64,000 nt of DNA from Octopus vulgaris (taxonomy: Eukaryota). The notes under the pieces were generated by a model that saw nothing but the letters and a program-made list of their open reading frames with translations, was not told the DNA's origin and made no database searches. Each line of letters starts with the position of its first letter. Positions within the stretch are counted from its first letter, which is position 1. Below are positions 1-13,514 of the stretch, piece by piece. The translations under genes and the position numbers were made by a program. Location of the stretch: contig OX597833.1 of NCBI GenBank assembly GCA_951406725.2, positions 47,554,001 through 47,618,000 on the forward strand, written 5' to 3'.

Positions 1-313
1 AAGGTGAGGGTAATAACAGCATATATAATCTGAAGCATTATAAATATTATCAAATTTATGCTTTGCAATTTGACTAAAAAAGCAAGTGAAAACATTTACT
101 TTTGGAATGTCATTATTATTCAAATGATTTCTTTTCAATAAAAAAAAATACAAAATGTAGTTTGAGAAATACTTAGCTTCTAAAATGAAATATAAAAAAA
201 AAGATTACACACATCATCTTTACTATAACAGTTGTTTTAGATAAACTATTATGATACAGATTTTAGTCACCGATACTGGTCTCTGCTACAAAACAAGAAA
301 TTATGTACATTAA

Positions 314-533
314 CCCTTTCGTTACCAACCCGGCCAAAACCGGCTCTGGCTCTGAGTTCAAATATCTTATTTTCATAAGTTTTGACTTAAAATCTTCCAT
401 CAAACCTTAGTCACAATTTATGTTTGTAACACTCGCTTAATGATAACTAAGTTATTTTACTAAATTCTTTATTATATTTAAAGTAATTGAAAGAAACACA
501 GAGCATCTCAAAATAAATACAGTAACGAAAGGG
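314..533. mobile_element. piggyBac-type MITE, 220 bp
   Basis: TIR ccctttcgttac...gtaacgaaaggg flanked by TTAA on both sides. Confidence 0.85.
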
Positions 534-789
534 TTAAAGTATAGTTGAGAAAATGCAGTCCAAGCAGTAGAGAATGTATACATGTACAAATATAATACCT
601 AGAGACTATTAGAGAACACACTATTTGGAAAGTGATGTTGGCAAAAAATAATGAATTTAATGATCTGATTAATTAGGCCTATGTATATATATATATATAT
701 AGGCCTATATATATTTATTATATATATATATATATCTATATATATATATGTATATGTATACATATTAAATGTAGAAAATTATATAGGAT

Positions 790-2220
790 AAAAGAGGGTG
801 TTCCCAATGAGGACCCAACAGAAGGACTAGCCATTCTAGAAGACACAATGAGGGGTAAAGCAATTAAGCAGATGAAGATAGGGAAAAGCCCTTGTCAGGT
901 CAGGTCAGATGTGGGGGAATGCACCATTGCAGTGGATTGCTGCATTCACCATTTGTTGGTATATTTCTGGGTCCTCCCAGGCAATCCATCAAGCAAAATC
1001 TCAGTTAGTCCCCATCTTTGCAAGATACCTCTCATCTGCCATGATTACGTGGGATGTGGTTGGTCAACACAAACTGACAACCCAGGCAGATCCTCAATGA
1101 AGGGAACATGGTAAACAGGATCTAACATGGCCAAACAGTCTGAGCTGGTGCTCCTGAACCATACAAGTAACAGGACACATCCCAGTTTCTGAGTATAGTC
1201 ATTAGTCGGATAATAAATCTGACAAATGATAACCCATAATACTGCAACGTGTACAGGTACTTATTTCTTTATTACCCACAAGGGGCTAAACATAGAGGGG
1301 ACAAACAAGGATAGACATAGATATTAAATCGATTACATCGACCCCAGTGCATAACTGGTACTTAATTTATCGACCCCGAATGGATGAAAGGCAAAGTCGA
1401 CCTCGGCGGAATTTGAACTCACAACATAATGACAGACGAAATACCACTAAGCATTTCGCCCGACATGCTTACATTCCTGCCAGCTCACCACCTTGTACAG
1501 GTACCAAAGGAGTTCAGGAGGACTGTAAGGGCTCCAAGCTGTATCCATGTCTCGTCACTATAGTGCAGGACAGAGAGATGCTTAAAATGTCTTTTGGAGT
1601 AGATTGCAGCCAAATCACTAGCAAAGTCAACAGGAAGATGTCACACTCAGTGACTGATAAAGCAGAGTAATAATAATTTCATATTGTTGGATCAGGTCAT
1701 GAAAATTACAGAGAGTGTTATAGCACAAGTGATTAGGAAGAGGATTAGAAGTTCAGTTTTGTGCCAGAAAAAAGTGCCAGAACTGGTGTCATGTAAAAGC
1801 ACTTGTGCCAGTGAATATTAGCAGAATTAGAAAAAAATTGCAAGTGTGGAAGCAAAACCTGGAATTAAATGGTTTCAAATTCAACTTAGCAAAGATTAAA
1901 GTTTTAGTAAATAGAAAAAAACAGATAGGTCTCTGCTACCATCAGAGAAATAACCTTGCTAAACATGTATAAAAGGAGTAGATAGAATTTCTGTACAATG
2001 TAACCAATGCACACTATGGACATACAAGTGGTGGATTGGTATCACTTGCAGGTTAACAGGAAAAGTAGACTTTGTATGTGACAGATGCACTGGAGTAATA
2101 AACACTAACAGTGCACAGAAAATCGATTCACTCAAATGCTCAGTAAGATCCCCAGAGGGAGTAGATAGCTTCCATTAACTAGGTGACTTAGGATGTTCTA
2201 AAGCTATAGCGGCTAGAGCT
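790..2220 (+). mobile_element. Decayed RTE-clade LINE reverse transcriptase, interrupted by insertions
   Basis: Translated fragments AIKQMKIGKSP, LLDQVMKITESVIAQVIRKRI, FSFVPEKS, ELEKKLQVWKQNLELNGFKFNLAKIKVLV, a Cys-rich segment, then GVDSFH*LGD; stops and deletions throughout. Confidence 0.75.
1261..1493 (-). mobile_element. SINE family B (tRNA-related; core gactttgcctttcatcctttcggggtcgat)
   Basis: Full copy with 11-bp target duplication tgtacaggtac at 1250-1260 and 1494-1504. Further copies near 15650-15870, 29530-29630, 32620-33200, 35295-35500, 40585-40880, 41930-42630, 45890-46105, 49550-49780. Confidence 0.8.
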
Positions 2221-2483
2221 TGCACCATGATGAAACAAAGCACCCAGTGCACTCTGTGAAGTGGATGGTATCAGGAATGGCATTCAGCCACAGAAACCAT
2301 GAGGAAACAGACACTGGAGTAGAAGGCAGTTTTCCAATTTGTCGAATCCTCTCAAACCATCCAGCTTTAGCAAGCTTGGGAAATAAATGTTAAATGATAA
2401 GGAAGATGGTGGTGATATATGATGAGGATGATGATGGTGGTGGTGATGATGGTGATGATGATGATGATACATACACACACACT

Positions 2484-2522
<39 letters not shown>

Positions 2523-3201
2523 GGATTATGGATGTATACATATGTGACTGTATATGTCTTTGTGTTTGTGAGTGTGTATGTGTGTGTTGTACATGTGTAT
2601 GGCCCTACACACACCCATGCACACACACACACACACACACATACACGCACGCACGCACACACACACACACACACACACATACATACATACATACATACAT
2701 ACATACATACATACATACATACATACATACCACATACACATTCTTCTACAAATTTTAAAAATGATTCTATTCAATGACTTTTATAAAATACGAGCATTTA
2801 TTTACTGGAATTAAATGCATTTCAAAATATTTATTAAAAATAGGTCAGCTCATTAATTCTCTACTCGCTCTGTCTTCATTTCTCATTATACTATTCATTG
2901 TATTTTATTCCTCATTAAAAGCAACCAGTGACACAAAAACTGTTCTCAGTGTCTCTGGAGGGGCAAGGATGCATTTGCTACTCTCATCCTAATTAACAGG
3001 CATGGTAGGCCAGAAGGAAGATCTTACACCCCTTAATATATATGCTGGGTTGGTTGAGAGGGGCCTAGTCACCTCCAGCTTTCCTCTTGCTAAGCTTTTG
3101 TTATCATCATTATATTATCATTGTATTTGCAATGTTGGATAGGAATAGCACTCTGATAGTTATATATGTTTGATATTTATCTACATTTTTGTCTATGTCT
3201 T

Positions 3202-3272
<71 letters not shown>

Positions 3273-4310
3273 ATCATCATCATCATCATCATCGTTTAAC
3301 GTCCGTTCTCCATGCTAGCATGGGTTGGACGGTTTGGCCAGGGATCTGGGAAGCCAGAAGGCTGCACCAGGCTCCAGTCTTATCTGGCAATGTTTCTACA
3401 GCTGGATGCCCTTCCTAACGCCATATATATATATATATATATATATCCATCATTATCATCATTTAATGCCTGCTTTCCATGCTAGCAGGGTTGGATGGTT
3501 TGACAGAAGCTAGGCTACCCTAAAATTCAACGCCTCCTCAAAGAGGTAGGGTGGTGTCAGAGCTATGCGGTCAGGAACTTCGGTTCCTGGCACTCATGCT
3601 CTCGATTGTAGCCACCACTGCAGCTGCCAACTACTGCTAGACTTCTATCAAATACAGCACTTAAGATTTACATTAAGGGTACATGTGTCTGTGGAATACT
3701 CAACCACTTCTCATGCTTATTTGATTATTAAGTCATTCAGTTGATCAAACAATTGGACAATCATAAACAACAATCAACAGGAGAGGTCATCATCTACAGC
3801 TACATAATTACAGAAATTGCATTCTGTATAATTACTGTAGTTGTAATCTAATTTAATCAATAAATTTTTTAATTGGTACTGGTTAGTCTTATATATACTA
3901 CCAAAAACATTGCATTTACTGTTGAAGCATATTTCTGACACAGAATTGCATTTTCATTATCTCAAAATATCGATATTTTTCCTTGTTTATTTTCAACTAA
4001 AACATATTTTATTTTCATATGCATCTTTTAGCATTTATTTTGTTAACTTCCATCAGTAATTTGGCTGCTGCCATGGCCGGGGCACTGCACTGCATTGAAG
4101 GGTTTAGTCAAACAAAAATTGATACCAGCACTTATTTTTTTAAGCCTGGTGCTTACTCTATTGACATCTTTTGCGAAGACTGCTAAGCTACGGGGACATA
4201 AACAAACCAACACCGCTGGTCAAGTGGTGGTGAGTAACAAACACAAACACAAGGATACACACACATAGATACATATACGCACACATATATATATATATAT
4301 ACAGGTATAT

Positions 4311-4650
4311 GAAGGCGCATGGCTCAGTGGTTGAGAGTGTTGGGCTCACAATCATGAGGTAGTGATTTTGATTCCCAGACCGAGCTGCGTGTTGTGTTCT
4401 TGAGCAAGACACTTTATTTCATGTTGCTCCAGTTCACTCAGCTGTAGAAATGAGTTGCAACGTCACTGGTGCCAAGCTGTATTGGCCTTTGCCTTTCCCT
4501 TGGATAACATTGGTGGCATGGAGAGGGGAGTCTGGTATGCATAGATGACTGCTGGGTCTTCCACAAATGGCCTTGTCTGGACTTGTGCCTTGGAGGGTAA
4601 CTTTCTAGGTGCAATCCCATGATCATTCATGATTAGAAGGGGTCTTTACT
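4311..4650 (+). mobile_element. SINE family D (tRNA-derived head, core cttgagcaagacactttatttc)
   Basis: A-box-like tggctcagtgg, B-box-like ttgattccc. Related copies at 5290-5615(-), 20040-20220(-), 57303-57626(-), 60320-60520(-). Confidence 0.7.
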
Positions 4651-4651
4651 C

Positions 4652-4687
<36 letters not shown>

Positions 4688-4757
4688 TGGAGTAAACACA
4701 TAAATGTGAAACAAGGTGGAAAAAAGAGTACTCAAATACCAGGGGTAGAGTAATATG

Positions 4758-4885
4758 CTTTATTTAAAAGCAGCAGAAATTCAACAAAACCTGTTACTCT
4801 GAGTTTCACGTTCCCTGCCCGACGAACGGGAACATGAAACTCAGAGTAACAGGTTTTGTTGAATTTCTGCTGCTTTTAAATAAAG
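4758..4885. repeat. Near-perfect inverted repeat (~58-bp arms) with hammerhead-like motif; Penelope-like remnant
   Basis: Arms 4758-4815 and 4828-4885 are reverse complements; set in (TA)n; related to 58051-58233. Confidence 0.8.
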
Positions 4886-4921
<36 letters not shown>

Positions 4922-6067
4922 GAAATATATAAGATGGGCTTCCTCAGATTCAGTCTACCAAATACTCACAAAGTTTTAGTTGGCCAAGAGCTATAGTAGA
5001 AGACACATGCCCCCAAATGGAACTGAACCTGAAACCATGTGGTTGGGAAGCAAACTTCTTACCACATAACCACACCTGTACCTGCGCATAACAGAGAACC
5101 TAAAATAGAAGAATTACCAGGCTTTAATCTCTTGACATATTATCCTGTATATTTTCATTCAGAGATGTCTAATAAATATAAATTTGAACGAAAATATACA
5201 TTTACTGTACTCTGAGGTATCTGTTACTTATTTCTAACCTGAAATACTTCGTTCATTATGTTATTTCCATTTTCTATCATTTCTATCAGTAGGAGCACTC
5301 CGTCGGTTAAAACAACGAGGGTCCCGGCTGATACGATTAATGGAACAGCCTGCTCGTGAAATTAACGTGCAAGTGACTGAGCAATCCGCAGACACGTGTA
5401 CCCCTAACGTAGTTCTCAGGGAGATTCAGCGTAACACAGAGTGTGACAAAGCCGGCCCTTTGAAATACAGGTACAGTTCATTTTTGCCAGCTGAGTGGAC
5501 TGGAGCAATGTGAAATAAAGTGTCTTGCTCAAGGACAAAACGCGCCGCCTGGAATTGAACTCGTAACCTTACAATCGTGAGCCGAATGCCCTAACCACTA
5601 AGCCACGTGCCTTCATGGAACTTCATAGTAAATCCTAACTGATCCAAAATAATTTGTGTACTTATTCTTCTTTATATACCGATTCAAAATAAATAATAAA
5701 AGAATATGATATTTTTTGCATGGAAACTAAAAAAAAAATGTGTATGTATAATAAGCAGTGAGGTGGATTTGTTCAACTAAAACCTTTTCTAGATGGTGCC
5801 CCAGCATATGATCACAGTTCGATGATTGAAGCAAGTCAAAGATAAAAGATAAAAACTTCTTCTAACACTAAACTCAAACCCTCTTTTTGTATCACTTGGA
5901 TGCAACAATTCTGAGTGAATCAACAACTTTCTTAGAGGAACTGCTTGTACTTAAATTAATAAACTTAAGCAAGGCCAGGTGTGACTGCTAGAAATATAAT
6001 TTGTTAGAATATCACAAAGTAACTAAATCCCAGCACATTTACAACTACTGTTTTCTAAATATGGTAC

Positions 6068-6069
6068 AA

Positions 6070-6115
<46 letters not shown>

Positions 6116-6634
6116 AATATATATTTTTATATAATATAATTATATATATATATATAATATAATATAATATATATTTTTATATAATATAATTATATATATA
6201 TATAATATAATATAATATATATTTATATAATATAATTATAGATATATATGTATATATATAATATAATATATAATATAATATATATATATATAATATAATA
6301 TAATATATATTTTATATAATATAATTATATATATATATATATAATATATATAATATATATTTTTATATAATATAATTATATATATATAATATAATATATA
6401 TATAATATAATTATATATATATATATATAATATAATATAATATATATTTTATATAATATAATTATATATATATATATAATATAATATAATATATATTTTA
6501 TATAATATAATATATATATATATATATATATAATATAATATAATTATAATATATATATATATATATATATAATATAATATAATATATATTTTTATATAAT
6601 ATAATATATATATATATATAATATAATATTTTTA

Positions 6635-6683
<49 letters not shown>

Positions 6684-6785
6684 ATATATATATAATATAA
6701 TTATATATATATATATATGATATAATATATATATTTATATAATATAATTATAGATATATATATATATAATATAATTAATATATAT

Positions 6786-6862
<77 letters not shown>

Positions 6863-6945
6863 ATATATATATATATATATATATATAATATAAATATTTA
6901 TATAATATAATTATATATATACATATATTTATATATATATATATC
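6068..6945. repeat. Almost pure A/T minisatellite ((TA)n/TATAA higher-order units)
   Basis: Recurring tataatataatatatatttttatataatataatt unit over ~880 bp. Confidence 0.9.
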
Positions 6946-7311
6946 TTAATTACTATTTTCTGTTGTCACTACTCTCATCATCACCAGAAGCAGCAGCAGC
7001 AACAGCTCACTTTATTAGTATTTTTATCTGTTACTAACCTTATTTTCACAAGACACAATGTGTCAGTCTACCAGTTTTTTTCAGCATAATAATCTTGCAT
7101 TTAATGCATTAATTCTTTGTATCATATCACTTCTTATTAAGTTCTAATTAACAGTTGGAGATTATAAGCTGATGTAAACTTGATACATGCAGGTCAGTCC
7201 GACTATTATAAGCAACTATTAACTCCCTCAGGCCTCTGATATCTCTTATCAAATAATACCTCGTACTTATGTTTCTTTGAGCCAATTTCCTTATTGTTTC
7301 CAAGTTATAAT

Positions 7312-7723
7312 TTACTCTTTTACTCTTTTACTTGTTTCAGTCATTTGACTGTGGCCATGCTGGAGCACCGCCTTTAGTCGAGCAACTCGACCCCGGGACT
7401 TATTCTTTGTAAGCCCAGTACTTATTCTATCGGTCTCTTTTGCCGAACTGCTAAGTGACGGGGACGTAAACACACCAGCATCGGTTGTCAAGCAATGCTA
7501 GGGGGACAAACACAGACACACAAACATATACACACACACTTATATATATATACATATATACGACAGGCTTCTTTCAGTTTCCGTCTACCAAATTCACTCA
7601 CAAGGCATTGGTCGGCCCAGGGCTATAGCAGAAGACACTTGCCCAAGATGCCACGCAGTGGGACTGAACCCGGAACCATGTGGTTGGTTAGCAAGCTACT
7701 TACCACACAGCCACTCCTGCGCC
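7312..7723 (-). mobile_element. SINE family A (dominant tRNA-derived, CORE-like SINE, ~410 bp)
   Basis: Head ggcgcaggagtggctgtgtggtaag (A box), ggttcagtcc (B box), cttgggcaagtgtctt core, internal (TA)/(TG) tract, tail ggcggtgctccagcatggccacagtcaaatgactgaaac then (gtaaaaga)n. Confidence 0.9.
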
Positions 7724-9053
7724 TATAATGTTCACAAAATATTAATTATATATATATATATATATATACATGAATTAATTAACGCCAACAAAGACTGATA
7801 CACCAACACTATCTGCTGCAAAAATAGTGTTAATAAGATGTGACAAAGTAATATGAAAGAGAGCAATGTCAAGTGCTCTCAAGATATAATTACATACATT
7901 GAACCAAGTATGAAAAATAAGATAGTGATAAAGTTACTGGGATTGGAATCTTCACCTGGAAATTATTAATTTTTTTTGTTTAGCCTCGCCTGTCTCCCCA
8001 CCCCCGTGCCGGTGGCACGTAAAAAGCACCATCCGTCTGTGGCCGTTTGCCAGCCCCGTCTGGCACCTGTGCGGGTGGCACATAAAAAGCACCCACTACA
8101 CTCATGGAGTGGTTGGCGTTAGGAAGGGCATCCAGCTGTAGAAACATTGCCAGATCAGACTGGTCCTGGTGCAGCCTTCTGGCTTCCCAGACCCCAGTTG
8201 AACCGTCCAAACCATGCTAGCATGGAAAGCGGACGCTAAATGATGATGATGATAATGATGATTAGACTGCAGCCATGCTGAGGCACCACCTTGAAGGCTT
8301 TTAGTCAAATAGAACGACCCTGGTACTTATTATTTTAAAGTCTGGTACTTATTCTATTGCTCTTTTTTGATGAACCGCTAAGTTTCAGGAATGTAAACAA
8401 CCCAACATTGATTGTTAAATGGTGGGGAGGGGAACAAACACAGACAACAGACATAAACACACATGCACACATATGTCTGTATAGTGGCTAGGATGTTGCA
8501 CTCATGATTGCAAGACTGTAGGTTCAATTCCCACTGTGTTCATGAGCAAAGCACTTCATTCTACATTGCTCTGCGATCATTTCCTCATCTGACATGTGGC
8601 ACAATATGCACCTGTACAGGTAATGTCAATCTGATGGAGGGAGTGAGCTTATGTGTACACAGACATTTGATCACTAAAAGCAAATCATTTGTGTGGTTGT
8701 TCAGCAAGAAATTAACGAGCCCTCATACATTGTCTAACGAGGGGAGAGTCCATGATATATATAGTAAAAGCAATGGATACAGAAGATAGAATATACAGAA
8801 AACTTTATTTATCACAACAACCATTTGACACATCCTAAAGTTTCTAGTGTACTCTATCTTCCATACACATTGTTTTCTACTATACTCAATGTGCACTGAG
8901 GAATCCCTGAGGTAGACCCAGTGACGATTGAGCAATTACCGTGGATGATGTCAGGGAGCCATAGGCAGTGAACATGCTTTGTCAGTGTACTACTAGGAAC
9001 ATACCCAAAATGCAGTTTAAATTTTAAACTTAAATCTAAACTTTAATTTTTAG

Positions 9054-9090
<37 letters not shown>

Positions 9091-9094
<4 letters not shown>

Positions 9095-9410
9095 TCATCA
9101 TCATCATCGTCTAATGTCCGTTTTCCATGCTAGCATGGGTTGGACGGTTCAACCGTGGTCTGGGAAGCCAGGAGGCTGCACCAGGCTCCAGTCTGATCTG
9201 GCAGTATTTCTACAGCTGGATGCCCTTCCTTACACCAACTACTTCGTGAGTGTAGTGGGTGCTTTTTACGTGCCACCGGCACAGGGGCCAGAGGAGACTA
9301 GCAACGTCCATGATCAGTTGGTACTTTTTACATGTCACCGGCACGGACACAGTCAAGGTGGCACTGGCATCAGCCACATTCTGATGGTGTGTTTTTATGT
9401 GCCACTGGCA
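9091..9410 (-). mobile_element. RTE-tail retroposon (family E; ends catgctagcatggaaaacggacgttaaac(gat)n)
   Basis: Same 3' module at 3272-3420, 7985-8260, 20247-20385, 34378-34860, 47582-47835, 50760-50886, 57791-58045, 58236-58412; (GAT)n tail typical of RTE elements. Confidence 0.75.
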
Positions 9411-10258
9411 ATACACACATATACATATTTAACAGACTTCTATACAGTTTCCATCAACCAAATTCCCTTCTAAGCCATTGGTCTGTCCTGGGCTATAGTA
9501 GAAGACATTTGCTTAAGTTACTACAAAGTGGAACTGAAACTGAAACCAAGTAGTTACAAAGCAAGCTTTGTAACTACACAGCCATCTCTGGTTAAGATAA
9601 TAAAAATGTGTGATTTAAAAAAAAAAAGATAATGGAGAGAAATTTATTATGGCTACAGTTATGAGCAGAAAAAAGAATGTACTCTTCATTTTCATGTTGA
9701 TAAATAGCCAACTCAGATAATTTCACAGGTAATATCAGATTTGAAACATTCAGTAGATGTGTTTTCATGGATTCTCAGTCGGAGTCCATATGGACCCAGG
9801 AGATCCATATATTCTTTCATTTGTTTCGGTCATTTGACTGCAGCCATGCTGGAGCATCACCTTGAAGGGTTTTAGTCGAACAAATTGACCCGAGACTTAT
9901 TTGTTAAGCCTAGTACTTATTCTATTGGTATCTTTTGCCGAACTGCTAAGTTACGGGGACTTAAAACACACCATCACCGGTTGCCAAGCAGTACTGGGGG
10001 ACAAACACAGACACAAAGACACACACCAACATATATGGCAGTCGCCATATTTCATTCCATATCAGCTACCTCTGATGAGTGTAGGGTTATATAATCGGAT
10101 TGTTATCTAAAACTCCGTTGTACCCCAGTGTGAAACTGATTGGTAAGATCAGCCGTGATGGGTATATAATACTGTACACTTTAATTATCATGATAGATCG
10201 TTAGCCACTACACACATTTTTTTCTCTCCTTGTTTCTCTCCTTGTTTTTTCTGTGTCC

Positions 10259-10294
10259 CTTTCTGTAGAAGAGCCTAGGCTCGAAACGTAAAAG
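10259..10294 (+). ncRNA. Hammerhead-like motif with non-canonical CUGUAGA core in repeat 10195-10380
   Basis: CUUU-CUGUAGA-AGAGCCUAGGCUC-GAAACGUA-AAAG; homologues at 22685-22720(+), 47961-47996(-), 59008-59043(-). Confidence 0.5.
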
Positions 10295-10382
10295 ACCTTT
10301 TCTATTCATGAGCGTTATACTAATACACCTGTTTGTTTTGTACACCACCTGTCTTCGTCTTTTGTCTTTTCGTAAACATATA

Positions 10383-10444
<62 letters not shown>

Positions 10445-12946
10445 ACAGGTTTCTTACAGTTTCTGTCTACTAAATCCACTCACAAAGCTTTGGTTGACCT
10501 GATGCTATAGAAGACACCTGTGCAGTGGGAATGAACCTGAAACCTCGTGGTTGGGAAGCAAGCTTCTTCCCACACAGCCAAACCTGTGCCTAACAGCAAA
10601 ATGATTATATAACATATAATACGGAACAACAAGTTGAAATAAACTGTTTGAATTTAATTGGATGGGTGTATAATATGAATCTAAGAAAAAAAAAAAATGA
10701 AATAGAAAAAAAAAACTACATTTATATTATTTAATAAGGTCAACCTATACATAAAAAAAGAAATCATTTGTAATGGTAATTAAGATTTATATCTATGTAG
10801 GATAAACTGCTGCTGAGAGGTAAAACCTAATTAAACAGATCAGGCTGGAAAGTAAATGGAAAAATAATGATGTGCTATTTTAACCATAAGAATATTTAAA
10901 TGACATTCCAAAAATATTTCAAATGTTTTAAAAGAGGAGTTTAAGAATGAGTTCACAAAATGTTCTGAAATTGCCTAACTGGTGTAGCAAAGCAAAATAT
11001 TAGCATTTGACGAATCATTTTAACAGCCTGAAAACTGTTAAAATGGAATAGCGTAAAATTAATAAGGCACATAGATATAAAACGTTTTGTTTATTTGTTT
11101 GTTTATCTACTGTACCAATATGACTCATAGAGCATTTATTTTTTTGTTTTTTTTTGTTTTTTACGTTATGGCATAATTTGACGAAAGACCAAAAAAAATA
11201 TTAGAAAGAATTAAATAATTTAGGCTTTACTTTGCATTGATGATATATCTAAAAGCATTAATTCTATTAGGTAAAGCAAATATATATATATATATATAAC
11301 ATATATATATATATGATAATGCTGATACATATTTCATTTAATGAAATTATTCTTAGCAACTTTTCTTCTGCAAAGCATATATTTTGGCAACAATTCCCTT
11401 TTACCTACACTTAACAGGGATGAATCAATTACTAAAAAAAAATTATGACTCAACGCTTGAAATCAGCATAAATTGCTACCATATTTTTCAGCATACAAGT
11501 TGAATTTCTCAGACCAAAATTTACAGCCAAAAAAGGGTAGGTCAACTTATATCACCAAGACAACTTTGGAGGACCAAAAATTACATGTGAAATCCAGCAA
11601 AATTTAGAAAGATAGTGACAATGTTTGAATGCTTACATAACATGTCTACACAACACTCTACACTGGCTTGTATGCTAGAAAATATGACAGAATTTTTACA
11701 CCCCAATTGTTATTACTAGATCTGCTAAATATCACAGATCTGAAACTCAATGATTTTAATTAAGAATATCACTTTAGTTAGCCTCCACCTCCCTCAAGTT
11801 AATTTACATAATTAAAAATTGTTAAGTAATTGATTCATTCTGTTTCTGTTTCATACTTTCTTAAAAGAAAATAACAGCAAAAATATTTGTAGGCATAAAA
11901 TTATCAAATGTATAAAACATGAATCACTATTTCAGTCAGTGTACTTCTTAATTTTTATCATCACTCATTAATTAATTAATTGATTAATTAAGTACAGTGA
12001 CCTTTTGTTCTTTGTACATATAAGATGGCAACCCAAGTGAAACAAATCATTGAATCAAAATGAAAGGGAAACAAATAAACAGCAATGAAATAAAATTGAT
12101 GTGTACTAAATTGGAATGAGATATATGGATGTGGTTGTTTGGAAGCTGATAATTTGGAAGAGATGACCAGATGTTCAACTTGTTTTGGGTACTGTAGGTT
12201 TTGGCACTAGAGGCAATCACACACACACACACACAGGTACACATAAAAATATATGCATAGATAGATAGAGACAGACAGAAAGATAAATAGATAGATAGAT
12301 AGGCAAACAGACAGAGAGACAGACAGAGAGAGAGAGAGAGAGGAGAGACATTACCCATAGATATAAACATAACTAGATGTTCACACATATAAACAGAGAG
12401 AGAGAGAGTGAGAGAAAGAAAGAAAGAAAGAAAGAATATAAAGCTCAAAGATGGTATGACTGTTTCTTGTCATGAGACTAATATTCAGAATAAAATTGAT
12501 TATCCTAAAATACATTGAGTCCTTTCTTGTATGACGGATCTTTGGATTGAGAGTACGAAAGAGACAGAAAGAGAGAGAGAGAAAAAGAGAGAGAAATATT
12601 AAAATGTCTGGTGTCAAATGTCAGAATCAAACCGGTGATACCAAGTAAGAAACAACAAAATGACTCATAGCCATATTTAAAGCAGTAAAATGATAATTGT
12701 AAAATTCAATTTCCTGTAAACATGGAATAGAGAAGGACTGCCATTGATGATATCTCAAATGGTGATGAAAGGACTCTGATTGATTGACTGAACAGTTAAT
12801 CAAACAGTTGATTAATTAATTGGTTAAATGGTTAACCAATTGACTAATAATAATAATAATATAAGAATTTAAAAAGAACCAGTGTGTGTGTGTGTGTTTA
12901 TTTTTGGCATAATGACCCTCCCAAAATACAACTTGTTGCTTAACCC

Positions 12947-12977
<31 letters not shown>

Positions 12978-12978
<1 letters not shown>

Positions 12979-13183
12979 CTCTTTTTTTACTCTTTTTACT
13001 TGTTTCCGTCATTTGACTGTGGCCATGCTGGAGCACTGCCTTTAGTCGAGCAAATCGATCCAGGGACTTATTCTTTGTAAGCCCAGTACTTATTCTATCG
13101 GTCTCTTTTGCCAAACCACTAAGTGACGGAGATGTTAACACACCAGCATCGGTTGTCAAGCAATGCTAGGGGGACAAACACAG

Positions 13184-13218
<35 letters not shown>

Positions 13219-13390
13219 CATATATACGACAGGCTTCTTTCAGTTTCCGTCTACCAAATCCACTCACAAGGCATTGGTCAGCCCGGGGCTATAGCAGAAG
13301 ACACTTGCCCAAGGTGCCACACAGTGGGACTGAACCCAGAACCATGTGGTTGGTTAGCAAGCTACTTACCACACAGCCACTCCTGCGCCT
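12978..13390 (-). mobile_element. SINE family A
   Basis: Near-identical to 7312-7723. Confidence 0.9.
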
Positions 13391-13456
13391 ATTTCAGTTT
13401 TGGATTAGGTTTGCAAGATTTTTTGTGTGAGTTTATATGTTGAACACAGACACAAA

Positions 13457-13514
<58 letters not shown>

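Noticed and set aside
7495-7728. Recurrent ORFs of the [15 protein letters not shown] / [14 protein letters not shown] type
   Set aside because: Translations of SINE A copies, not a gene family.
12381-12617. Possible fourth MCT exon (RKDSMYF after a CT-rich tract)
   Set aside because: The phase-1 reading from the AG stops quickly, the donor is weak and there is no MCT-like transmembrane sequence; remaining exons not found in the window.
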